DNA of 38,596 bases from Candidatus Altiarchaeota archaeon. Its GTDB lineage: Archaea; Altiarchaeota; Altiarchaeia; IMC4; SCGC-AAA252-I15. Position numbers and translations under genes: made by a program. The DNA is taken from assembly GCA_043813075.1 (NCBI GenBank), contig JBDRLL010000031.1, positions 1-38,596 on the forward strand, written 5' to 3'. The notes under the pieces were generated by a model, which saw only the letters and a list, made by a program, of their open reading frames with translations, was not told where the DNA came from and did not search any database. Positions 8,057-17,315 of the stretch are shown in pieces (position 1 is the stretch's first letter; every line of letters begins with the position of its first letter).

Positions 8057-8737
8057 CTACCTGTCTGCGAGCCCTGCTTTTTTTATCACATAGACTCCAG
8101 AATACCCCTTATGCAATACTTCAGACTCCAGAACCTCAATCCTCTTGCTGAACAACGGCCCGTCTAGGACGGTCGTCTCTATCTCACCACCCTCCCCTGA
8201 AGGGTTGATGGCGTACTTATCCCTTAATTTAACCAGGTCTTTAATCAATCCCTCGTCTATGGGCCTGCCAAGCCACTTCTCGTCAAGCGAGTATGCGGAT
8301 ACGCTGGATATGATGACTTTGAAGCCGTTTTCCAGCACCTCCTCCAGCAGCTTAACCTGGTCCATACCCCACAGGGGGTTGACGCACTCTATGCCTAGCT
8401 CAGAGCATATGTTCTTTATCCGCTTAGACTGGTATACGGACGCTATCGCCCCGGTAACAAGACCCCCTATAGAATACTCGTCCACCGCCCGCTTTATCGC
8501 GCGCTTCAGGTCAGCCAGCTCCTCCTCCTTCACGCCCGCCGTCTCCTCGCAAATCAACGGCAGGCCGACAGCCTCGGCCTGGAGGGATGTTATGCTGATG
8601 TTCGGCGTGTGAAACATGTAGCTCTCCTTGTTCTTAGAGACTATGGTTATCAGGCAGACGACTTCATGCTCCATCATCGCCTTGTGCATCGCGTAAAAAG
8701 AATCCTTACCTCCAGAGAAGAGAACACCAAGCCTCAT
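8057..8737 (-). CDS. dph6: Diphthine--ammonia ligase (Dph6 family, PP-loop ATPase)
   Basis: LFSGGKDS, SYMFH, GAIASVYQ, NPSGEGGEIETTVLDGPLF. Start at MRLGVLF, about 27 nt after TTTTTATT. Confidence 0.92.
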   Translation of the reverse strand: MRLGVLFSGGKDSFYAMHKAMMEHEVVCLITIVSKNKESYMFHTPNISITSLQAEAVGLPLICEETAGVKEEELADLKRAIKRAVDEYSIGGLVTGAIASVYQSKRIKNICSELGIECVNPLWGMDQVKLLEEVLENGFKVIISSVSAYSLDEKWLGRPIDEGLIKDLVKLRDKYAINPSGEGGEIETTVLDGPLFSKRIEVLESEVLHKGYSGVYVIKKAGLADR

Positions 8738-8786
8738 GTACTCGAGACTATAGGGATGCGGTGAATAAAAACCATGAGGACTTAGG

Positions 8787-8861
8787 GGGTGCCGGTGGAA
8801 CGCCATGAAGACGCCTCCCGGCACCCGATAGCACATTCGCAACCACCACAGTCAAATGCGC
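8787..8861 (-). ncRNA. Candidate two-hairpin structured RNA of unknown class
   Basis: TATA TTTTATAT (8892-8885). Hairpin 1 GCGCAUUUG/CGAAUGUGC (8861-8831) has G-U pairs only on this strand. Hairpin 2 GGGUGCCGG/CCGGCACCC (8826-8787). Confidence 0.45.
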
Positions 8862-9006
8862 GATACTACTTAACACACGACAACATATAAAACAGCAGGT
8901 TTCAATCAAGTAACCTTGGTATTTGGAGTATACGTACTGTAATATTTTATAGTGTCAGAAAACCCAGAGAGAAATAAATACACTGTGATATAGAATACGT
9001 TATTTC

Positions 9007-9046
9007 TTTTTGGTACAACTTTTTCTTTTTTGAAAAGAAAAAGGTG
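9007..9046. repeat. Palindromic mini-repeat copy A; may double as the tRNA terminator
   Basis: TTTTTGGT-ACAA-CTTTTTCTTTT-TTG-AAAAGAAAAAG-GTG, an 11-bp perfect stem. Confidence 0.65.
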
Positions 9047-9203
9047 TGCTCCCGTGGGGATTCGGACCCCAGTCGCCGGATATCTCCAACCTTAACGAGG
9101 CTGCGAGCCACTGAGGCCTTTAGGCCGAATGTGGCTCATTTGATCAACCTTTATTAAAGGTTGCGAAAGTCCGGAATGATTGGCCGGGCTACACTACGGG
9201 AGC
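9047..9203 (-). tRNA. tRNA-Glu(UUC) with 82-nt intron at 37/38 (intron 9082-9163)
   Basis: GCTCCCG acceptor/CGGGAGC-A; anticodon stem CCGGA/TCCGG with loop CT-TTC-G^A. BHB: CUUU/GGAG helix, bulges CGC and AUA, closing helix AACCUU/AAGGUU. Mature length 75 nt; CCA not encoded. Confidence 0.94.
9139..9163. repeat. Palindromic mini-repeat copy B, inside the tRNA-Glu intron
   Basis: TTTGAT-CAACCTTT-ATT-AAAGGTTG, an 8-bp perfect stem. Confidence 0.7.
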
Positions 9204-9269
9204 GTATGGAATGTGTTTTTCTTGTTAATCCCCTTCACAGGGAAGGTTCATGGTTGTGATGCGTATTCG

Positions 9270-9300
9270 TTTTTGGTCAACCTTTTTATGAAAAAGGTTG
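9270..9300. repeat. Palindromic mini-repeat copy C
   Basis: TTTTTGGT-CAACCTTTTT-ATG-AAAAAGGTTG, a 10-bp perfect stem. Confidence 0.7.
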
Positions 9301-9376
9301 GGGGTGAGTTTTTATTATTGGGTAGTTGTGTCTTAAAAAAAGGGGTTGGGAGGGGTTTTGGCTGAGTAAACCCCTT

Positions 9377-9685
9377 TTATTTCGTTAGTTCTATCTCTAT
9401 GTGGACTCCGTCCGGAACTTGGATGCGCATTATCTGGCGTAGGCTCCTCTCGTCAGCCTCAACGTCAACGAAGCGTTTGTGTATCCGCATCTCCCATCTC
9501 TCCCAGGTTGCGGTGCCTTCCCCGTCTGGGCTTTTGCGGGTTGTTATCCGCATCTTGCGGGTGGGCATGGGTATGGGTCCGGAGTACTTAACGCCCGTCT
9601 TCTGTGTGACTGTCACTATCTGGTCGCATACGTTCTCCAGCTGCTCTGCGTCTCTCCCAATCAGTATTATACGGGCTTTGTCCAT
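9377..9685 (-). CDS. rps10: 30S ribosomal protein uS10
   Basis: SGPIPMPT...[22 protein letters not shown]. Confidence 0.98.
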   Translation of the reverse strand: MDKARIILIGRDAEQLENVCDQIVTVTQKTGVKYSGPIPMPTRKMRITTRKSPDGEGTATWERWEMRIHKRFVDVEADERSLRQIMRIQVPDGVHIEIELTK

Positions 9686-9734
9686 TCTTTGTTAATATAG
9701 TTTTAAAAAAATAGGTGGGTGAAGGGAAGGGTTT

Positions 9735-11003
9735 TTAAGCCTTCTTCTTCACGTCTATTGCCATTCCCGCCGCCACTGTTGCTCCCATGTCGCGGATAGC
9801 GAATCTACCGAGTTGTGGGAACTCCTTGGCGTTCTCGATGACTAGCGGCCTTGTAGGCTTTATCTTGACTACTGCCACGTCACCGGTCTTCAGGAATTCT
9901 GGCTTCTCCTCTTTTACCGCACCTGTCTTCGGGTCTAGCTTCTTGACCAGTTCGGTGAACTGGCATGCTATCTGCGCGGTGTGTATGTGGAATACTGGAG
10001 TGTATCCTACTGTTATCGCGCTTGGGTGCTGTAGTACGACTATCTGTGCCGTGAACTCCTCAGCTACTGTTGGCGGGCTGTCTACGTGTCCGACTACGTC
10101 CCCACGCTTGACGTCGTTCTTGCCTATGCCGCGGACGTTGAATCCTACGTTGTCTCCAGGCTCTGCCTTAGGCAGCTGCTCATGGTGCATTTCAACGGTC
10201 TTGACTTCCCCGGTCACGTTCGCTGGCATGAAGATGATCTTGTCGCCAGGCTTCATGACGCCGGTCTCGACACGCCCTACAGGCACTGTCCCGACACCAG
10301 TGATGGTGTAGACGTCCTGTACTGGCAGCCTTAACGGCTTGTCCGTGGGCTTGTCAGGTGCCGTAAGCTTGTCCAACTCAGTTATCAGGGGGTCGCCCTT
10401 GTAGTACGGAGTGCTGGTGCTCTTGTTCTTGACGTTGTCTCCGTTGAATGCTGACGTCGGTATGAAAGGTATCTGATCCACCTTGTATCCGATGCTCTTC
10501 AACAGGTTCTCAAGACCTTCCCTCGTCTTCTTGTAGGCGGCCTCGTCGTAGTTGACTGCGTCCATCTTGTTGACGCACACTATCAGCTGCTGGATGCCGA
10601 GCGTCTTCGCGAGGAAGGCGTGCTCCTTTGTCTGCGGCTGTACGCCGTCTTTAACGTCGCATACGAGTATTGCAGCGTCAGCCTGTGACGCACCCGTAAT
10701 CATGTTTTTAACGAAGTCCCTGTGGCCTGGAGCGTCGATTATTGTGAAGTAGTTCTTCTGCGTCTGGAACTTCTTGTGGGCGATGTCTATTGTAACGCCC
10801 CTCTCACGCTCTTCCTTCAGGTTGTCCATAACCCATGCAAACTCGAAACTGCCTTTTCCAGCCTTTTCGGCCGCAGCCTTCAGGTTCTTCATGTCCTGCT
10901 CTGATACTTCTCCGAGATCGTAGAGTAGGCGTCCAACCATTGTTGACTTGCCGTGGTCCACGTGCCCGACGAATACCAGGTTTATGTGTGGTTTATCAGC
11001 CAT
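9735..11003 (-). CDS. tuf: Translation elongation factor aEF-1alpha
   Basis: [47 protein letters not shown]. Start MADKP after SD GGAGG. Confidence 0.99.
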   Translation of the reverse strand: MADKPHINLVFVGHVDHGKSTMVGRLLYDLGEVSEQDMKNLKAAAEKAGKGSFEFAWVMDNLKEERERGVTIDIAHKKFQTQKNYFTIIDAPGHRDFVKNMITGASQADAAILVCDVKDGVQPQTKEHAFLAKTLGIQQLIVCVNKMDAVNYDEAAYKKTREGLENLLKSIGYKVDQIPFIPTSAFNGDNVKNKSTSTPYYKGDPLITELDKLTAPDKPTDKPLRLPVQDVYTITGVGTVPVGRVETGVMKPGDKIIFMPANVTGEVKTVEMHHEQLPKAEPGDNVGFNVRGIGKNDVKRGDVVGHVDSPPTVAEEFTAQIVVLQHPSAITVGYTPVFHIHTAQIACQFTELVKKLDPKTGAVKEEKPEFLKTGDVAVVKIKPTRPLVIENAKEFPQLGRFAIRDMGATVAAGMAIDVKKKA

Positions 11004-11078
11004 CTTTGCTAATCCTCCCATGTTTTTCTTTTGTTTTTATTGTTTTTCAAAAAGTGCTTTATTTATTGTAATATATGC

Positions 11079-11086
11079 TATAAAAA
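11079..11086 (-). promoter_or_regulatory. Internal TATA box for tuf-rps10
   Basis: TTTTTATA in the AT-rich fusA-tuf spacer. Confidence 0.5.
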
Positions 11087-11092
11087 CGGTTT

Positions 11093-13282
11093 TTACTCAA
11101 TGAATTCCTCCGGCTTCGGGAGCTCCTTCTTAAGGCCTTTCCGCTCGCGTATCTGGGATACTACCTTGCCCTGGAGTTCTGAAGGCAGCTTGTCGTAGCC
11201 GGCGTTTTCAGTGCTCCATAACGCGTGACCTTCGCTCGCGCTCCTTATGTCTCCGGCGAATCCGAATGATTCTGCCACAGGCACCGTGGATTCGATGGTC
11301 ATCAGATCATCCTTCTGGTTCATGGAGCCGACTATGCCCCTCCTCCTCTGGAGTTCCCGTGTTACGGAACCCATGAAGTCCTGTGGAACGTCAACCCACA
11401 CGTTCTGTATGGGCTCCATCATCCGCGGATTGGCCTTGAGTATGCAAGCGTACATCGGGTTCTTGACTGCAGGGTATATCTGCGCGGGACCCCTGTGGAT
11501 TGCGTCCTCGTGCAGGCTCGCATCCTCCAGCTTCACCTTAACCTTCATCATGGGCTCTTTGGCTAGTGGGCCTGAGTCCATTACCTGCTCGAAACCGTCG
11601 AGTAGTAGCTCCATTACCTCGTCTAAATGCTGTACGCCACGTGTCATATCAACCAGGATGTTGCCGTGGTAGATGTCTATTATCCTTCTGGCAGGCTCTT
11701 TCTCCATCCCAAGCTCGTTGAGGCGCTGCCATATGTCCTTGCTCCGGTCTTTCCTGCGGCCTTCCTCTATTTCACCTGACCGTATTGCCTGGTATATTGC
11801 GTCCTCCAGGGGTTCGACTGATATCTGGAATTTGTTGTGCTTGTTGGGGGACTTCCCTTCTATAGTGCCGAAGCCTGCTTCAATGGTCTCACGGTACACT
11901 ACTATCGGCTGTGAGACGATGAGTTCTAGGCCGCTCTCCTTAATCCTGTTGGTTATAACCTCTAGATGTAGCTCCCCCATCCCTGAGAGCAGGTGCTCTC
12001 CAGTCTCCTCGTCTATCTTTGCCTGCAGGGTCGGATCCTCCTTGGCAGTCTGCCTTAGGACTTCGATCACGCGTGGCAGGTCTTTCATGTGCTTGGCTTC
12101 TACAGCCACTGTAACGACAGGCTCGCTGTGGTGTTTTATCGCCTCGAACGGCTCCATCATCTCAGCGGATACTGTCTCCCCAGCGTATGCTCCCCTGAGC
12201 CCGGTTATCGAGACTATATTCCCGGCGGGTATGGCCTCCACCTTCTCTCTTGAAGCACCAAGGTATATGCCGAGGTTCTGGACTCTCGCGTTCACCTTAG
12301 AGTTGACTAGGTAAACGTCCTGACCCTCATTTATCGTCCCTGAGAATATCCTCCCTGTCGCGACTTCGCCTTCACGCTTGTCGAAGACTTGGATGTTAGT
12401 GATCATGATGCTCAGCTTCCCGTTTGGGTCGCACTCTATCATCGACTTTCCGACTGAGGATTCCAGGTCGCCCTTCCATATCTGTGGCACCCTTATTCTC
12501 TGCGCAGTCTTAGGGTTGGGGAGGTGTTTCACCGCCATATCCAGGACTATCTGGTGTGCCGGAGCCTTCTGAGCCAGAGCCTTCTGGTCTTCGCCTATGC
12601 AGTGGTCGATTATTTCCTTGAAGTTTATGCCAGTCTCCTTCATGTAGGGCATGTTGATAGCCCACTTGTGGAATCCTGTGCCGAATGCCACTGAACCGGC
12701 GTTAACGTCAACCTTCCAGTCCACACCCTCAGGCTGCTTCATCTGTATTATCTTGTTGACTTCCGCTATGATCTTGAGGAAACGGTTCTGCAGTTCTTCA
12801 GGAGTGAGCTTCAACTCGTTTATCAGCCTGTCGACCTTGTTTATGAAGACTACGGGCCTGACCTTCTCCTTTAGCGCCTGGCTTAATACGGTCTTGGTCT
12901 GGGGCATTACGCCTTCAACAGCGCATACTACGACGACTACACCGTCCACGGCCCTCATAGCCCGGGTCACGTCGCCTCCGAAGTCAACGTGTCCTGGAGT
13001 GTCGATCATGTTTATGAGGTATTCCTTACCCTTGTATTCGTGGGTCATGGAGACGTTGGCTGCGTTGATGGTGATGCCGCGCTGCTGCTCGTCTTCATGG
13101 AAGTCTAGGGCCAGCTGCCTTCCAGCAGTGTCCATAGAGATTAATCCAGCGTTAGCTAGTAGGCTGTCGCTCAGGGTTGTCTTCCCGTGGTCGATGTGCG
13201 CTACTATGCCGATATTCCGTATGTACTCGGGTTTGTTCACGAGTTTCAATACTTTTTCCGCTATTTTTCCTTGACGAGCCAT
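11093..13282 (-). CDS. fusA: Translation elongation factor aEF-2
   Basis: [30 protein letters not shown]; diphthamide loop [11 protein letters not shown] intact. Confidence 0.99.
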   Translation of the reverse strand: MARQGKIAEKVLKLVNKPEYIRNIGIVAHIDHGKTTLSDSLLANAGLISMDTAGRQLALDFHEDEQQRGITINAANVSMTHEYKGKEYLINMIDTPGHVDFGGDVTRAMRAVDGVVVVVCAVEGVMPQTKTVLSQALKEKVRPVVFINKVDRLINELKLTPEELQNRFLKIIAEVNKIIQMKQPEGVDWKVDVNAGSVAFGTGFHKWAINMPYMKETGINFKEIIDHCIGEDQKALAQKAPAHQIVLDMAVKHLPNPKTAQRIRVPQIWKGDLESSVGKSMIECDPNGKLSIMITNIQVFDKREGEVATGRIFSGTINEGQDVYLVNSKVNARVQNLGIYLGASREKVEAIPAGNIVSITGLRGAYAGETVSAEMMEPFEAIKHHSEPVVTVAVEAKHMKDLPRVIEVLRQTAKEDPTLQAKIDEETGEHLLSGMGELHLEVITNRIKESGLELIVSQPIVVYRETIEAGFGTIEGKSPNKHNKFQISVEPLEDAIYQAIRSGEIEEGRRKDRSKDIWQRLNELGMEKEPARRIIDIYHGNILVDMTRGVQHLDEVMELLLDGFEQVMDSGPLAKEPMMKVKVKLEDASLHEDAIHRGPAQIYPAVKNPMYACILKANPRMMEPIQNVWVDVPQDFMGSVTRELQRRRGIVGSMNQKDDLMTIESTVPVAESFGFAGDIRSASEGHALWSTENAGYDKLPSELQGKVVSQIRERKGLKKELPKPEEFIE

Positions 13283-13290
13283 TATCTACC

Positions 13291-13893
13291 TCACCTAGCT
13301 GCCTTCGCAATCCTCTCGGTCTCCTCCTTCCTCTGGATTGCATATGATTTTGTGTCAGACTCTGAAGCCCATATGATCTCGTCCGCAAGGCATTCCTCTA
13401 TCTTCTTCTTGTTGTTGAACGCTGTTGCGAACGCCCCCAGCGAGACGTATTTCAACGCGAAGTCAACACGCCTCTGCGATGAGACATCCACTGCCTGATG
13501 ATACCTTATACCCCCGTAGATGATGGTCGTCGTCTCCTCCCGTGGACATGACTTCTGGATCGCGTCAACCAGGACCTGTATCGGGTTTTTCTTCGTCCTC
13601 TTCTCTATTATCTCGAACGCCTTTTCGACTATGTTAAGCGCGTTCTGCTTTTTGCCCGTGTTCCCGCCGCCACGAATGTATTTGCCAGCGACCTTCCTTG
13701 TTCCCTGGCCTGAACGCATCATCTTGTTCGCCAGTCGTTCCACTATGTTCATCTTAGACTTGATGAACTGCTTGCCGACCAGCCGTCCTGACGTATGGGG
13801 GACGTATGTTGGCGTTAGCGACATGTACATTGCCAGTCCTGGGTCTTCTATCGTCACGTCGTAGTCCCATCTCCCGAATAGTTTTGGATCCAT
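13291..13893 (-). CDS. rps7: 30S ribosomal protein uS7
   Basis: NIVERL, NPIQVLVDA, PREETT, AVDVSSQRRVD, KEETERIAKAAR. Confidence 0.98.
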   Translation of the reverse strand: MDPKLFGRWDYDVTIEDPGLAMYMSLTPTYVPHTSGRLVGKQFIKSKMNIVERLANKMMRSGQGTRKVAGKYIRGGGNTGKKQNALNIVEKAFEIIEKRTKKNPIQVLVDAIQKSCPREETTTIIYGGIRYHQAVDVSSQRRVDFALKYVSLGAFATAFNNKKKIEECLADEIIWASESDTKSYAIQRKEETERIAKAAR

Positions 13894-13896
13894 TTT

Positions 13897-14064
13897 TCAG
13901 CTGTTTTTCTTGAAGCCGATGCTCTCAGCATCCTCCCTGAAGCATCTCCTGCATATGTGCAGGCCATACTTGTGTATGAGACCCCTGTTTGCACCGCATA
14001 CAGTGCACTTCAGGTTCTTCGCGTTCATTACCTTTTTCTTGCTTGAATCTTTATTTTTCTTCAA
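13897..14064 (-). CDS. rps14: 30S ribosomal protein uS14 (zinc type); missed by the ORF track
   Basis: Hand translation ...[37 protein letters not shown]. Start is either TTG 14064 (overlapping the L5 end) or ATG 14028. Confidence 0.95.
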   Translation of the reverse strand: MKKNKDSSKKKVMNAKNLKCTVCGANRGLIHKYGLHICRRCFREDAESIGFKKNS

Positions 14065-14563
14065 TTTCAACACCAAATTTTTCTTTCATGAACGATAGTG
14101 CCTCCTCCTGTTTGACAAGCCTTTTTGGAGTTATCTTATCCTTAAGCCGCATCCTCCGCTTCAAACGGTATCCCGGACGCTCAAGGGTTATGTTGAAGTT
14201 CATGCCGAAAACCCCGATTTCAGGGTCATACTTCAAACCCTGTATGTCGATGTACTCCCTAACGCCGAATGAGACGTTACCATCATCACCGAAGCACGAT
14301 TCAGGCAGCTTATTGTCGCGGGCGTAGAGGCCCCTCTTTATGAGCTCCACCGCGTCCTCGCCACGTATAGTCACCTTGCATCCTATTGGCTCCCCCTTCC
14401 TCAGACCCCACACCGGAATCTTGTGTTTTGATGTAGTCCTCACGGGCTTGCGTGAACTGAACTTCTCCAGCAGCTTCTCTGCGCGTATCAGACGCTCCCC
14501 AGACTGCCCCACGCCGATGTTCACGACGAGTTTCTCTATTCTTGGAGTATTCATTACGTTCAT
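14051..14563 (-). CDS. rpl5: 50S ribosomal protein uL5
   Basis: [36 protein letters not shown]. Confidence 0.98.
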   Translation of the reverse strand: MNVMNTPRIEKLVVNIGVGQSGERLIRAEKLLEKFSSRKPVRTTSKHKIPVWGLRKGEPIGCKVTIRGEDAVELIKRGLYARDNKLPESCFGDDGNVSFGVREYIDIQGLKYDPEIGVFGMNFNITLERPGYRLKRRMRLKDKITPKRLVKQEEALSFMKEKFGVEIEEK

Positions 14564-14564
14564 T

Positions 14565-15215
14565 TTATATCGTTATTAAGGGCTCTTTCTTGCCCACAAT
14601 CATCACGTATTCCGTCAGCGTCTGCAGGTCGCCTATCTTAGTCAGAGACTTCCTGGATGCCGTGCCCTCAATGATGCCTTCTATGACGCCCAGCTCCCCC
14701 CCATGCCTGCCCCTGTAGACCATGGCCTTCATGCCTGCCGCATAGCCCAGACTCTCCTTTAGCTTTAGCGAGGGTAATTCGATTAGCACAGAGTCGTTAA
14801 CCTTCACATCCTTGTCTGTGAGTATGTTGCTGCCGTCATGCAGGTTCAATTGCGTCTTTCCTCCAGACACTATACGCTTCCCGTTCACACGGCATAGTTT
14901 TACGTTGGATTCTTTCGCGTCAATCTCCTTCAGGTAGAGTCCCTTAGAGCTCACTAGGACACGGTAGTGCTTTTTTGCCAACGGTATCTCTATCACGTCC
15001 ATCAGGCCGACACCATAGCGAGGGTCGCGGACAACCCTCTTGTTAACCAGGATAAGGCCCCTGTTTAGTATGTTCCTTGCTTCGCGGGAATTGTCCGCGT
15101 AACCAAGCTGACCCCTTAACACGTCAAGAAGGGTTATACTGTCCTTATGGGAACTCTTAGGCCTTGAAGTCCATTTAACCCCCTTGATCCCCGTTACCAT
15201 GCTCTTCAAATGCAT
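14565..15215 (-). CDS. rps4e: 30S ribosomal protein eS4
   Basis: LGYADNSREA, VGLMDVI, KLCRV, QLNLHDG; expected position between L24 and L5. Confidence 0.95.
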   Translation of the reverse strand: MHLKSMVTGIKGVKWTSRPKSSHKDSITLLDVLRGQLGYADNSREARNILNRGLILVNKRVVRDPRYGVGLMDVIEIPLAKKHYRVLVSSKGLYLKEIDAKESNVKLCRVNGKRIVSGGKTQLNLHDGSNILTDKDVKVNDSVLIELPSLKLKESLGYAAGMKAMVYRGRHGGELGVIEGIIEGTASRKSLTKIGDLQTLTEYVMIVGKKEPLITI

Positions 15216-15595
15216 TATGAAGCCTCCTCCTTAGCTGTTCTCCCTAGTATCTCCCTCCTCTTCTTGTCTTCTAGGAACAATTCAGTTATCATGACGTTGG
15301 ACGGGTTTAACGATTTTTCAACGTCAGTGCCGTCCGCCTTCTTCATCGTCACACCCTCAACATATACCTTATACTTCTTCAAGTCAACCCTTGTCACCTG
15401 GCCGTTGACCCCTTTGAACGATCCGCGCATCACTTTGACAGAGTCTCCCTTACGCAGGGGTATTGAATTCCTATTGTACTTCTCCTTCAGCTCCTTGCTC
15501 AATGGGGAGGACATCATCTTCCTCCTCACGTTTAAAGGAGCCTCGTAAAGCCACTTCCTCTGCCGTCTTGGCTTGGATGAACTCGGTTTTTTCAT
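15215..15595 (-). CDS. rpl24: 50S ribosomal protein uL24
   Basis: PRRQRK...LSKELKEKY...[10 protein letters not shown]. Confidence 0.97.
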   Translation of the reverse strand: MKKPSSSKPRRQRKWLYEAPLNVRRKMMSSPLSKELKEKYNRNSIPLRKGDSVKVMRGSFKGVNGQVTRVDLKKYKVYVEGVTMKKADGTDVEKSLNPSNVMITELFLEDKKRREILGRTAKEEAS

Positions 15596-15596
15596 T

Positions 15597-16037
15597 TCAC
15601 ACCACGATGCTTGAAATCGTACCTATCTTAAGCCAGCGATCCGCAGCCTCCTTTGCGACAGGACCCTTTATCTCAGTCCCCTTGGGCATCCCCTCGTCGC
15701 TGACTATTATGGCCGCGTTGTCCGCGAACTTTATTTTTGTGCCGTTAGCACGCCGGTACTCTTTTTTCTGACGTATTATAACTGCCTTGAACAATTGTTT
15801 CCGGACTTCAGGCCTGCCCTTCTTCACGGAAACGATGATCATGTCGCCGACACCCGCCTTAGGTATCCTCCTCCGGGTACCACTGTAGGCCCTCACTTGG
15901 ATGAGCTCCAGTTCCTTAGCGCCGGAATTGTCGGCGCATATGAGCCTGGCTCCTGCAGGTATTGCACGGGTTATATTGGCGTTAACCGCCCTTCCGAGAG
16001 GTGGCCTCTTTGGCACCCCCCCTAGGGGCTTAGCCAT
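15597..16037 (-). CDS. rpl14: 50S ribosomal protein uL14
   Basis: [28 protein letters not shown]. Confidence 0.98.
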   Translation of the reverse strand: MAKPLGGVPKRPPLGRAVNANITRAIPAGARLICADNSGAKELELIQVRAYSGTRRRIPKAGVGDMIIVSVKKGRPEVRKQLFKAVIIRQKKEYRRANGTKIKFADNAAIIVSDEGMPKGTEIKGPVAKEAADRWLKIGTISSIVV

Positions 16038-16425
16038 TCTCAGCTACCTCCTTCTTTTTCCTGACCGTCTTCTTCTTGGCGGCCTTAGGCTTCACCGTCT
16101 TCTCCTTTGGTTCGGCCTCTTTTTTTTCAGTCACCTTCTCTGATGATAGTACTTCGGTGACTACGAAGCTTACGGTCTTGCTGAGCCTCCTGCACTCCAT
16201 TATCCGTACACGGTCTCCTGTCTTTGCCTTAACGCATTCCGGGTTGTGGGCGGGTATTTTGGAGCGTGCCCTCTTGAACCTGTCGTACTTCCTTACCTTG
16301 ACGAAATAACTCCTCTCGACTACGACGGTCTTGTTCATCTTGTCGGAGACCACTATTCCGTCTAACACCATTCCCCTGGTCGCCAGGGTCCCATGTTTTG
16401 GACAGTTCACGTCACTGCACTCCAT
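16030..16425 (-). CDS. rps17: 30S ribosomal protein uS17
   Basis: [30 protein letters not shown]; Lys-rich tail. Confidence 0.97.
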   Translation of the reverse strand: MECSDVNCPKHGTLATRGMVLDGIVVSDKMNKTVVVERSYFVKVRKYDRFKRARSKIPAHNPECVKAKTGDRVRIMECRRLSKTVSFVVTEVLSSEKVTEKKEAEPKEKTVKPKAAKKKTVRKKKEVAENG

Positions 16426-16426
16426 G

Positions 16427-16705
16427 TTAAAACCTTTTTTTTATCTTTTTTTTCACGCGGTCTTCCGGTCTTGAGACCAGTAGACTGCCTTCGACTTGGA
16501 CTACCGCCCCTTCTGGGAGCGTGAACTCCAGTGTCACATCTTTTTTCGGGATTTTGTATTCCCGGTCTTCTTTTGTGATCGTTATCGTATTCCGGGTTTC
16601 CCCGGATACTATGCCATCCACCCTGTATCCGTCGTGACTTGCGTCCACGACCCGGACCTTTAAGCCGGTGAGTTCGTGCCGGAGTAGGTTGTATGGCGTT
16701 ATCAT
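16427..16705 (-). CDS. rnp1: RNase P protein component 1 (Rpp29/POP4)
   Basis: MITPYNLLRHELTGL...ETRNT...IPK...RPEDR; conserved operon position. Confidence 0.93.
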   Translation of the reverse strand: MITPYNLLRHELTGLKVRVVDASHDGYRVDGIVSGETRNTITITKEDREYKIPKKDVTLEFTLPEGAVVQVEGSLLVSRPEDRVKKKIKKRF

Positions 16706-16734
16706 CGACTGATGAGAATTTTTTCTCAGCGGTT

Positions 16735-17031
16735 TTATGCCACGTCGATCATTTCTTCGGAGAAACCCATGCCGACTAGAACTTCCTTCACTCTGTTGAC
16801 ATGGTCTCCTTGTAGTTCTATTATGTTGTTTTTGAGTGTTCCCCCGCAAGCCATCTTCCTCTTGAGGTCTTTGGCTATCTGGGTTGTGTCAACGTTATCG
16901 AATCCGCCGATAACTGTGACCATTTTACCGTATCTGCGCTTGTCCGCACGTACTTTTATCTTCTGACCCGAACGGGTCATGTCAGCGCAAACGCATAATT
17001 CCTGAGGAAGTCCGCATTTAGGACAATTCAT
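16735..17031 (-). CDS. Translation initiation factor aIF-1 (SUI1 family)
   Basis: CPKCGLPQELCVC, RRYGKMVTVI, MACGGT, IELQGDH. Confidence 0.96.
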   Translation of the reverse strand: MNCPKCGLPQELCVCADMTRSGQKIKVRADKRRYGKMVTVIGGFDNVDTTQIAKDLKRKMACGGTLKNNIIELQGDHVNRVKEVLVGMGFSEEMIDVA

Positions 17032-17279
17032 TTCTTTGCCGTTACCTCTTTCGATTTGACTTTCTTGCTTGTCTTAACTTCCGCGGACCTTTTTTTCTTC
17101 TCAGTCAGTATGCGCGCTATCGTGCGTTTGATTTCCCTTGTTTTGCCAACTCCCTCGGGTATACCGCCTGAAGCGAGGACGCCCCTCATTTTCATGAGGT
17201 CTTTCCTCAGCTGGGTTATTTGTTCATCCATCTCAGGGACATCCATCTCCCGTATTTCACTTGAACGTATTATCGCCAT
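17028..17279 (-). CDS. rpl29: 50S ribosomal protein uL29
   Basis: MAIIRSSEIREM...REIKRTIARILT. Confidence 0.96.
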   Translation of the reverse strand: MAIIRSSEIREMDVPEMDEQITQLRKDLMKMRGVLASGGIPEGVGKTREIKRTIARILTEKKKRSAEVKTSKKVKSKEVTAKK

Positions 17280-17315
17280 GGTTTAGTAAGACTATATTAT
17301 ATGATATACCATTAT

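Noticed and set aside
8787-8826. Hairpin with internal GAA as a possible archaeal SECIS
   Set aside because: No in-frame UGA selenoprotein candidate nearby, and pairing is better on the opposite strand.
8738-8842. N-terminal extension of dph6 in the track
   Set aside because: The family motif starts at MRLGVLFSGG; the extension runs through hairpins and a TATA-like box.
8932-9000. Long imperfect plus-strand hairpin (ACGTA...TACGT; TTATAGTGT/ACACTGTGA)
   Set aside because: AT-rich, with a large loop and several bulges; not distinguishable from chance by eye.
9082-9163. C/D guide or nested second intron within the tRNA-Glu intron
   Set aside because: No CUGA box, and the inner AUUC/UCA loop is an opposed internal loop rather than a staggered BHB.
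16706-16849. Extended 140-aa version of Rpp29
   Set aside because: The extension overlaps aIF-1 in another frame; the family N-terminus is MITP.N.
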